A DNA stretch of 64,000 bases from Haliotis rufescens (taxonomy: Eukaryota). The translations under genes and the position numbers were made by a program. This document shows positions 40,901 to 52,900 of the stretch, one piece after another (position 1 is the first letter of the stretch; the number at the start of each line of letters is the position of its first letter). Under the pieces are notes generated by a model. It saw only the letters and a program-made list of their open reading frames with translations. It was not told the DNA's origin and did not search any database. The stretch is taken from positions 65,844,001 to 65,908,000 of the forward strand of contig NW_025963890.1 of assembly GCF_023055435.1 (NCBI RefSeq). Reading direction: 5' to 3'.

Positions 40901-43900
40901 TGTTGGACTTGTGTTTGGAGCTTTAGTGGGAACAGTGAGTATATGGCATTGTTGAAGTTATGTTTGGAGACTTAGTGTTGACAGACAGTGAGTATATGCT
41001 GTTGTTGGACTTGTGTTTGGAGGTTTAGTGGGAACAGTGAGTGTATGGCATTGTTGAACTTATGTTTGGAGGTTTAGTGTGGACAGACAGTGAGTATATG
41101 CTGTTGTTGGACTTACTTTGTGACTGTTAATAAAAACTCATTGAGTTTTCTTTGTTTTAACATACTGCTATGAACCTGCAAGAAAAAATATATAATTGAT
41201 ACATACATACCAGCAGCAGAAGGAAAAGGCATTCATGGTATTAATTATTAACTGCTGAACAAATGTTTACTTTCGTCATAGGTGTCTTCTAGATAAAGGC
41301 TTTAAATGATCCTTGATGTTAACATTCTTTCATAATAAGTTCATAAAACATATTACCATATTAAATTAAAATGTCCTATGTCATGGTCCTATAGTTGAAT
41401 ACTGTGATATGAAAACAATTCTCGGAAAGGAATACATTACTGTACAATTGTTAGTAAAAATGAAAATCACAAAAAAGATGTTAGAAGCATCTAACAGTAC
41501 AACACAAATAGAGGTCTGTTAGCAAATGAACAGCAAGATACTTAATGCTAAAACAGAGATGACCAGTCATTACCATTATGGTCTAAAGCATTACCTGCCG
41601 TAGCACAATAAGGGGAGATAATCACATGAAGTACACAAAAGCATATCACACAATCACATCTTTGTTTACACAAATAGAAATATTTGTAAAATTTAATAAA
41701 AGAGTTTGCACAACAAACATTTAACAAACCATACTGTAAATTCAAAGTGTACAATACTCTTGTACATTCAAGGTCAATGCGGATCATGTTGCCATAGTTA
41801 CAGGTTTAGTCAACAGAATTTCAAAACAATTTCCTAATCTGAAGTTTGTAAAAACAAACAATGACACACAAGTAGCTTATAAACACAAGTGGCAATAACA
41901 CACAGTGGAATGTTTCGGCAGATAGTCAAGACTGAATATTCTCTGGCACTGTCATTTAATATTTTTCTGAAGACCTTTTCTAAACATATAATCTTAATAA
42001 ACAAAAAAGTGAAAAACTGATTGTTTATACATTAAGTAGGTAAAATAATAATGAGCAAACAATGAATCAGCATTGGCCTCTGGTTGATGTGAATTCACAA
42101 AGACATGCACAGATACAACTACTCTGTTTGGGATACCTCTGTATAAAACAAAACCAGTCCACCCCAAGCTAGTATTCTCTCAGCACCCTGTAGGAACAGA
42201 CACAGGTGAGGCTATAATGTCAGGCACAGACAAGAAGGAGGGGGAGGAGGAGGCAGAGGGACTTATCACAAACTCCCAGAGGCGGAGCCTAGGATTTTGA
42301 AAAAGGGTTTGGGCATGTAATACCAAAGTCAACGAAATGGCTTGGCCGAGGGTGCAGTTAACATGTAAAGTGTCTGGAAAAAGAGGGTGGAGGTGCGCAG
42401 CCCCTGCACCGCAACAATGCCAGTTAACTACAAACTCCATCATGGACAAAATTCAACATTAACACTGGGTGTCATTTCCAAATTTCCGAAACATTGTCTG
42501 ACATTTCAAAAAAATATTTGTAACATTAACTTTTACTTCAATATGTAACTGAATTCATCATGCTGATATGGGTTGTTGTGATCTGAATGAAATCTGGAAT
42601 TTAGCATTCAGCAGCAGCTGATGACGTCAGTCAAGGAAATGTGTTTAGTGGTTTAAAATTCAAAAAGGCACACTAGCAACATTACAGCCATATTGTGTGG
42701 AATTGGTTTAAACAGACTGTACATATCTTTGGTGAAGTAAGGATTGGGGCCTACGGACTACAGATCATAATCAGGGAGAATCTAGGATTTGGAACCCGCC
42801 ACCAACAAATCCTGGTATAACTAAGGGAGGCAACTATTTATCCCCCTTAACAGGAGAAAATATTTTCTGATGATTGTGGTTAAAATTACCAACAGGTATT
42901 TGTCCTATTCCAAATTCAATTTTATAATGACATTACTAATTAGTATATAATAATTAATAAGCACACATAATACACACACCTTCAAAATTATAAAATATTT
43001 TATGGTCACTAAACCGTGTTCTGACTGTGTCAAACTAGGAACACTGTCCTCTACAGAACAAGTCTAGCTAGAGAGTAGATAAAATGATAAGCTTGTCAGG
43101 CCTCTACCTGTGACACTACGGTAAGATATATAAAAATCTGTTAAAGCTGAGGGGTGGAAGGGGAACAGGGTGGCGTTAGCAGGCTGCAAGTGTTAGTCAG
43201 GAGTCTACATTTTCAGACCATCCCTTAGCCGATATGCTTCAGACCCAGCAACAACAAATACCTTAGATCCTTCAAACATATTTGTGACTATTATTTGCAC
43301 CTTTTGTTTTAGTAATGAAAGACTACATGAATAAATCATAAAAATATTGCAAAATAGATTCAAAAGTTCTGACTGATTTCTTTTATGATCACAAAATCTG
43401 TATAACTAAGTTTCTGTGATTATTATCCATATAGCTAAATTTTTTATGAAATATGACTTGAGTTGAAGATTTAGCCATCCAATCTCATAAACTTCTCTTT
43501 TACATCAGATTCCCATCCTCTCTCCATCAACTCCGGACAAACCAGTAAATAAGAGGTCATTACAGGTGAAGTTTCTAGTCTGGCAAGCAGATCGGAAGCT
43601 ACAAAACTCTCAGTACAAATAAGCAAACCATTTGGAATGTGAACAAATGAACATAATTGGGCAGTTCTGGATGGAGAAAATAATGACCCAATGTTGTTGA
43701 TATTTTCATCCTATAGTTTCAGTCTTGTATTTTTAATCAGCTTCATTAGAAGTTCTTTTTGCTGTGGTTTCATTTCTCTTTTACCCAACTTTGATCAAAT
43801 TGCAAATTGCTGTCCCACGATACCAAAGTGTTTGAAAACCCTGGCCTGTAGGACCTGTGTCACCAAATTTTCACATGAGAATTTTGCTCAACACCTCCAC

Positions 43901-46900
43901 CTGTTGTCCAACATCTACATACATACAGAGTAGACCTGTGAAGATCCAGGGTAGAATAGGTCTTCAGCAACCCATGCTTGATTATTCGCCATCATATAGC
44001 TGGAATATTGCTGAGTGTGGCGTCAAACAACAATAAACAAGCATACAGAGTAGCTGTGAAACTGAATTTTAAATCAATATAATCTTAGATCCATATGTTT
44101 TGATTAATAATATGTTTTTGTCTTGCGTGAAGATTCTGAATCAGTGCCATTGATAACATGGGACAACCTATGGGCTTCAAAACACCAGGGGGGACGGGTC
44201 AATGTTTGCTCAGGGCTGATGATCTCCTGTCAAGGGTTTGTCAGATCAGGATGGAGAGAGGTACAGAATCAAGTGTTTTATATACATATATATTTAACAA
44301 GACTGAGCTGTGGCAAGGAATTTGACTGAGAAAGTACTACAGAATGTTGGTAGGTCTGATTGCTAGGGTGAGATGAAGGCAAAGATGGTAATATGTAAGC
44401 CTGGTTTAGGATCTGGATTATATGGTTTACCTCAACATAATCTACTAGCATATCTGCCCACATTAGAAGAAGGATTGACACCTACAAAATGAACATTGTC
44501 ACATGACAGTAAATGTGTGCCTCAGTATTTCAACTTTTCACAGAAGTCATTAACTTACAGATCTCGTGGATCATATACATCTGACTGCAAGTCATTGAGT
44601 GCCAAGTGTAGGCAAACATACAAGTGGCATGAAGAATGCTCTCCACAGGCAGGGATGATAATAACACAAATGCTAACTACACGATCTCATTTCAATCAGC
44701 TTTTACTCAAACATTGGGCAAAGGGGACCTCACTGGGTCAACATCTAGACTTATTCTAAAGAATGATATCATAGGGCAACAAAATCAAAACAGCAGATAT
44801 TTAAAATGTGAATTTCAATGAGACTTAAGATGCACTTAATTGAATTCATAAATTTAACAATTTCAACCATTTTTCAGTATCAAACGGACAAAATTCATGC
44901 CCTACAAAACTAATATCTTACCTCTTCTTCTTCTTCTGTAAATGACGTATATTTAAAGTTTCTGTAAAATTCTACTACACCTGAAACCAAGTTATTTCAT
45001 GTTACTTTGCTTGCTAAACTAAATGAGGACAATGACAATGAGGATTTAAAGACAAAGGAGTATTTGTAATTTTGATGTTACTCTCATTCAAAGTAGTCCA
45101 GGTTAAACAAGTTTTTCTCAAACTAATGAAACAAGTATCATAAACAATGTCATATATTGTAATCACTGTCATGGTGGGTCCCTGGAGTGAACTATCCACT
45201 GAGTGAGTGAGTGGTTTTATGCTGCTTTTGTCAATATTCCAGCAGTGGTGATGATACAGGTTAAGGATGTCTTGGACCTTACAAAGGTCAATCAGCTCCC
45301 TCAGATGCATCTTCCTGAGGCAAGGGAATTAACTGACTGTAAAAGTCCAGTTTCCACCCTTGCAAAGCTACCTCCCTTGTCTCGGTAAAATGCCTCAGAT
45401 GTTACAATTCACTCTTCAGAGTGCATCCCTCAGTCATACAAGGTTCTGCTGATCACTGGTTTGAATACAAGATTCACTCTGATTATGATCCTTGGTCAGA
45501 TCCATTTCAGTGAATAGGGCTTTTAAAAAATGGTAAATGCCTGTGTCCCAATTGTCTCTAACACATTGGACTTTCCATGACAAGCTGTGATACAATTAAA
45601 ATACTGTTCAAAGCAGGTCTAAACAAAACTCACATCAATATGCAAAACAGTTATCATAAAGTATTTATTATAACAGTTAGATAGTTTAAATCCACTATAA
45701 ACAAAACTGTGAGTATTTAATAAGTAGTATCTGATCTTCAATCTCAGACTCTGTGGGGCAGTGGACAGCCTTGTGGTCATATTGCTGGAATATTTGCTAA
45801 AAGCGGTGTAAAACCCAACATTAGTGAATGAAGCACCCTTTAAATATCTATTCAATCTCTTGTTATACGTTGTTATACAGTCATCATACATTACATCAAG
45901 TAATACAAAAAGTATACTAGAATGAATAAAAAGTACGAGAACATTTTTAAAGGAAGAATTTATTTGCCACAATAAATAAATAAATTCAAAGTTTTTAGAT
46001 GATTCATGCAACTTCATGATTTGAAAATTTAGTCCTTAAATTCTTTCCAAAGTCACAAATTCTAGATGTTGACTGAAGCAACGAGATACTGATTGAACGG
46101 TAGTGATTAAACAACAGACAAGGCCTCTTATTACCTAATAAGGACCCCCTGCCATCCTGCAGTGGCAGGGCTAGCACTGAATGAACCTTGATATTGCCGT
46201 GTCCCAAACCCTCAGGGAACCGACCGTCCTGAAACATAGTGACACAACATATATCTTATTACAACACTCTAAAACCAATATAAACATCATAGCATTTGGA
46301 AAATAGTCACTTTGTAGTCCGGAGTCCACTGTAATGTAAGTTATGTCGATCATGGTGACCTGATAGAATCGAGTCTGGACCAGGCAAACCAGAAATTGAA
46401 AGCATGAGCAGTGAACTGCATCATCAGGGCTAAAATTTGCAACAGTAAATCAGCAGTGGCTGAGTCCTACCACCCTATCCAACTTCGTCACCTAATACGA
46501 CAACCTGTAGTGCTTGGGATCCATTTTAACCCTGGGGCCCATTATGTTACAGAGACAAAAAACAGATATATAATCTGAACCATCTGCCCACTACAATGTC
46601 AACTGCCTCATCACGTAGAGAGTTATCTGCCCACTTAAATGTCCACTGTCTCATAGGAAGAGATTTATCTGCCCACTAAAACATATGATGTCTCATCAGG
46701 TAGAGAGTTATCTGCCCACTAATTTATCCAGTGCCTCATAGGAAGAGAGTTATCTGCCCACTAAAACATATGATGTCCCATCAGGTAGAGAGTTATCTGC
46801 CCACTAAAATGTCCACTGCATCATCACAAACAGAGTTGTCTGCCCACTAAATCATTCGCTTTATAGTGTAAAAAGAACTTCAACTCGCAGTCCAGTGTCA

Positions 46901-49900
46901 CTTTGTACATCCATGACCTGTTTTCAATGTGAGAATTTGTTTGAAGCACCCCACAAATATCAGAACCATTTACTTCTTCATCAACAGTTATGCTTCCTTT
47001 GATTATCAATGAAAACACATTATCTGGAGTAATTAGTCTTCCAACTGTCTGGGTTTTTACAAGATGGTGACTTGCCACATAGCATGATTTTCTGATGAGT
47101 ATGATCAATCATCTAACTCAATATACCAACTAAATGAAGTTAAAGTTTAACAAAGATGTTTCACTTTGTGGCATATTAAATATTAGACCAGACCAATTTT
47201 TTTCGTGTATTACAGATCTGCTGAATGGATGTTTTGCCTGATTTAAAAAACAAATCGCTGAAAATTATTAAAAAATATAACTGCCGACAACACTAACATA
47301 TTCTCAATGGAAGGGAAGCAACTCTTACGCAATTTTCACTTGCCATCAGCACAAGTGTAAATAATATCATTTGATGACTGCTGCAACATACAGCCATACA
47401 AATTTCATTTTGGCACCAGACACGTAAAAACAAAATAAAACACTTCCATGTCTCATTACAGTGATATTTCCCAATGAGCTACTGGCCCAGCACAGTGTAC
47501 TTACCCCATGCGGATCCTTTAACCTGACTGTTTCCTGTGTGTGTGCTACATGTGCTGCTACTGTCGTCCCCAGACAGATCCGGTCGCCATTACTCGGACC
47601 ACTACTGGACATCGGCTTACTACTGCAGTAACACATACCATTGGTAGAGAAGTCATATGGCGAAAAAAACATTTGTTTCTTTTGTTTGTAGCTTAAAACT
47701 GCATTCAGCAATATTTCAGCTGCATGAATGGCGGTCTGTACGTAATCAAGTCTGACCAGACAATTCTGTGATTCACATCATGAACATCGATTGATGCACA
47801 ATGGGATACGACGACATGCAAATTACAGAGCCTGACCACCAGATTCATTTCGCCATATCTTATGACAAGTATAGGTTGCTAATATTCTTACCCAGAATCA
47901 CCACAGGTAACAAAAAGCCATACTACTATATGTGACCTTGATATAACATCAGATTAGTACATGTTCTATCATCTTAATGTTTTGTGTTACTTTGGCACTA
48001 CAACTTTCTATGTAACTCATAGGAAATATGACAACCATATCACCATAAAATAAACTTACCTGGCACTGAATTTTGAACACATCAGAAATGAAATTTTTAG
48101 CAACACGTCACATTAAAATATAATACAATCATTTCTAAATTCTACATAATCATTGCAACGAGTTTGTTTCTAATAGCAAGAATGACAACTCACCATAATG
48201 TGAGTATAATAAATAAATTATTTTTTTACATAATTTTCTGACAAAAGATCATTTAAGCTTTTCTCACCTGTTAACATTTGGCACGTACATCACTTCCTGC
48301 AACAGAAAACTGAATGTGATGCGGACTGTGAACACAGGACTCAAACATATGTTGGTGAAATTCTAACCAGAATCATTTTCTTATTTGTGCTGAGCAGGAC
48401 TTCATAATGTGATCTCATGATGATACATCGTGAGCGGCTAATGAGACTGTGAAATCAATTAATTAACATGTATGCCCTTGTGTGTGTGTGCATGATTATC
48501 TGAGTGAGTGAGTGAGTGAGTGAGTGAGAGTGAGTGAGTGAGTGAGCCTGGTTTTATGCTGCTTTTAGCAATATTCCAGCAATATCACGGCGGGGGACAT
48601 GTGTATGGGTGTGTGTCTGTCTGTTAGAATGTACTACTCACCTCGACAACCATGTTTTAATGTTTTACACACAGGTTTGTATGTGCCATTGTAAAAAAGA
48701 GGCATTTCTATTGTCATGAATACCTAAATGAATTTTTGTTGTTGTTGTTTTATCAGCAACTCATTAACTATCTGTTTTTTTTATTTGACTAAAATGCTTT
48801 TTTTGTTTTTTACCCTACTGCCTCAAAGAACTTAATGCTAAACTATTCAAAAACATACTGAGTCATATACAAATATCTTTTTGACTATTGAAGCTAACTG
48901 GTCACAATAGAAAAATAAAACTGCTGCTGGGACAATGATTAAATTTTGTTGGGAAAAATTTGCAACAAGCTGAACGTCTGAATCCTAAAATGAAGAGACC
49001 TTTCCCTGCACATATCTGCATGAACATGTATGTAAACAGTGTGTCTCCAGATTACAACAAAATGCACAGTGGGAAAGTACATGGTAAGATTAGAGCACCG
49101 CATGTGATTGTCTCACACAGATACCACCCCTACGTGATGACCGACATAGTCCATAGTGAGATTAAACATCAACATTATCACAAGATCCTGAGAATGTGGG
49201 CATACGCTACAACATGTACAATAGTTATCTCTAGACCACACCGATCTATGGAAGCACACACTAGCCATTTGTAACTCACGACTCGGCTTGTGGGTTATTA
49301 GGTTTGTTGACAAGGATGTCGGTTATTTGACAAATAAACCATTAGTTGGAGTTGCTTATCGTACAATAAAACACTGCTGGGAGAATAAACCATTAGTTGG
49401 AGTTGCTTATCGTACAATAAAACACTGCTGGGAGAATAAACCACGAGGGGCGCACCTCAGAGTGGTTTATTCTCCCTGCAGTGTCATTTATTTCTTATAT
49501 GAGATTTCAACATTATATTCAGCCTCTTTAAGGATGATGATAAAATGCACAAGCTTAAAAAATATTTACCTGTTTTTTAATAATGATGACTCCCTCAATA
49601 GAATCCGATTTCGGCAATTTTGGACAAGTCCATTTTATGCACAGGTGAATATTTCCCGCATATTCTCACAATCTGCACCCTCATGGTTTATTTTCCCTGC
49701 AGTGTTTTATGGTATGATACACAACTCCAACTTGTTTTTTTTTCCTTAACTGAAGGGGATTTAATCAAATACTTATAAATGCAGCTACTAGTGAGGTTTT
49801 CTGGCAGTTGATGAGTTAATCCAGCAATATCATGGAGAGACACAAGGAGTCAGATCCACACTGTGTTCCCATGTAGGGAATCGCACATGAATTTTTTTCG

Positions 49901-52900
49901 TGATGAGCGAACACTTTAACGACTAGGCTACCTCATTTTTAACAAAAATTAAATATTGAATTTCTATAGCACACTTTCCAATTTATAACTGGTCAAATGC
50001 AGTTAGACTATGAGAGACTACATTATTATCCCAGTCAATGGTTCGTGTGCACTCGATTTTCATTCTCAGCTCCCTAGGGAGTATACAATCCAAGCAGCCT
50101 ATCAACAGGCTTAACAGTCACATTATCATGTCATCCTACCAGGTACCCATTCACTGCTGGGTGAACAGAGGCATATATTACATTTGCCTAAAGATACTTC
50201 ACACGTGCTACATGAAAGAGTCAAGCTAATCAACATGATCACTGATCCAACCATCTCTTGTCATGTCCAGCAGAACAAAGTCTGCAATGTTCAATCCCAC
50301 ATGAAGTTCTAGCTGCTACCGACTTTATAGCCATTGCCAACTTTAGACCAATGATTCTGGGGTTCTGATTCAATATCCACCAAAGAACCTGAATGACTTG
50401 TTTGTTTGTTGTTTAACGTTGAAATCAGCAATATTCCAGCTATATGATGGCAGTCTGTATATCATTGAGTCTGAACGAGACAATCCAGTGATTGACATCA
50501 TGAGTATCAATCCACGCAATTGGGAAGTGATGACATGCATCAACCAAGTCAGCAAGCCTGACCACCCAATCCCGTTAGTCGCCTCTTACGACAAGTATGG
50601 GTTGCTTAAGGCCAATTCTAACCCGGAATCTTTACGGGACTGAACCTGAGTGAAGAGTCATTAAATAAACATTTTGTGTCACTGGTTCTCTGGGTTAAAC
50701 AAGTTCGCAATAGGTGGTCCCCTGAACACACCTGAGTAGACGGAACAGTTGAGTCATACCTGGATTAAATCGTGACATACAATTGAATGTGACATTATAT
50801 TCACAGTGAAGCATGAGCACACAGAGCAGGTGCCATCCTCACCTTTCCCCCCAAAACTGACAGGTCGACCTGAAAGATACCCCATGATCACTCAGTTATG
50901 AACATCTGGTGATGTTACTGTCAGTGCTGAGGAATTCAGTTGCGGTCCTTAATGGGCTTTATTTGTAAACTGTCATTCAAGGTATGACACACACTGCTCA
51001 AAACAAGTTAAAGAACACCAGATTTGGAAGGTTGTGAGGTGCAATACCCACCAGAGATGATAGATTAACTGTAGTCATATGTAAAAATGTCATTCCTGAC
51101 TGGTGTAGTGAGTGAGTAAGTAGCTTTTAACTGTATTCCACTTGTATGGCGGCGTGTCAGCTTAATGTGGGAGGAAAGCTTGAAGTGATGCAAGTCTCAG
51201 ACGTTTACCACTTCGGTGAAACCCACGAGCACAGGTATGGTGCTGACAAACCTAGAAACATAATCGTGGGATTCAAACCCACAATCATAGGTTTCTGGCA
51301 TGCCCAAGGGATGGAACTCTGCACAGCGAATCGTGGTGCCTTAGACGACTGGACCACCTGTGCCCCCTTACCTGGTGTAAAGTTTGGTCACAAATGTCAA
51401 ATGATCCACCTGACCAGGTTCTCACTCTGGTCACCAGTATTCCTCCTAAAGCCGACAGCGCCTCTGTGGTCCAGTGGTAGATCATTCGCCCTTTTTCGTA
51501 TCAAAATTGCCCATGATTTAGAAAGATTTAGAAGTGCTTAGTTAGGAGATAAAGATAATGTGTATTCAACTTTTCAGGTTTATTGTATGTTCAATATTAA
51601 AACTTCTGCCTCTGTAGCCTGGTGGTAGAGTGTCTGCCGGGAGAGCGGAAGGTCTGGGGTTCAATCCCCGGATGTGTCATACCTAAAGATGTTAAAAGAT
51701 GGTATTTGTTACCCTGCCTGGCAATCGGCATCAAGGGGCTAAAACAAGGACTGGTCGGCTTGGAGTCAGTATGCTGTGTCTGTGTGAGGTATTCATGTTA
51801 AACTGCAGCATGGTATCTCAGTGGTCAGGCACCATAGAATTGGCATAAGACTGGACTAGTACAAGCAACCACATACACAAATGCATGCACATCGCTAAAA
51901 AAGTGCAATAACCGTGAAAGCCATGTTAAACGCCATTTCACCTCAACCACATCCTATTTAAGCCTGATGCCAGAACATAAATGTTTCAACCTTATTGGAG
52001 TTAAATGGATCTCATCAAAGCCTACTGCTGAACAGGCTTACGAAAACTCACGACCTGACAACTGAACCTGCAGATCTTGCATAATCTGTTCTGTCAATAA
52101 CAGCAGCAGGGGTGGGAGGATTTCACATGGACCAGTCTGTTGTGTGTTTGCTACCTCACATGATTGAGAAACCCATTTTCTTAATTCAGTATTTGACGTT
52201 TCTGTTACTTACTAGGATGGTGTTCTGTGCGACAAACAAACGGTTCCAACAAAATCTATAACTAATATCTAAGCAGTTGAAGACATTTAATCCCTTACAA
52301 TAAATTAAGTAATATGAACAGCTACAGTGACTGAAGAGTCAAAGCTGCACATTGAGAATACATGTGGAGCATCGACTCCTCGTGCACCTTGTCACTGCCC
52401 ACCTCGGGGCTGTTGGGTAGCCTAGTGGTTAAAGCGTTTCCTTATCACGCTGAAGACACAGGATCGATTCCTTACACGGGTACAACGTGTGAAGCCCATT
52501 TCTGGTGTCCCCGCCGTGATATTACTGGAATATTCAACAGTTAAAAGCGGCATATTTAAACCATACTCACCTCAGACCCCTGCTCAGTGGAACTTAATTT
52601 TTCCATTATTGTACAATTCCATATTGTATTAAGTACAAAATATCATTCAGTATGCAGGTTAAGGATAAATCACGACTCTGAGGTTTTGGTTGAAAATGTA
52701 AAACCACAAGCAAGGGAAAAGCCAAAGCCACGAGCTCGAGATTTTACCTATGTGGTAATCGGGCCTTCAGTGTGACGAGTAAACACTTTAACCACTAGGC
52801 TACCTAACCGCGCCATAGCGTAAGCAATCTAAGTGTTCGCACACAGTTTAAAAAATAAAACATTTCATTCCTGAAAAAAGTTCCTTATCTCAAATATAAT

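Noticed and set aside
43850-43900. Possible third, decayed E6 copy (VLSKILM*)
   Set aside because: Stop at the Trp position, no convincing splice sites, and similarity within chance.
48960-49749. 104- and 153-aa plus-strand ORFs
   Set aside because: Non-ATG starts, no recognisable domains, and the longer one overlaps a MITE-like repeat with an internal duplication.
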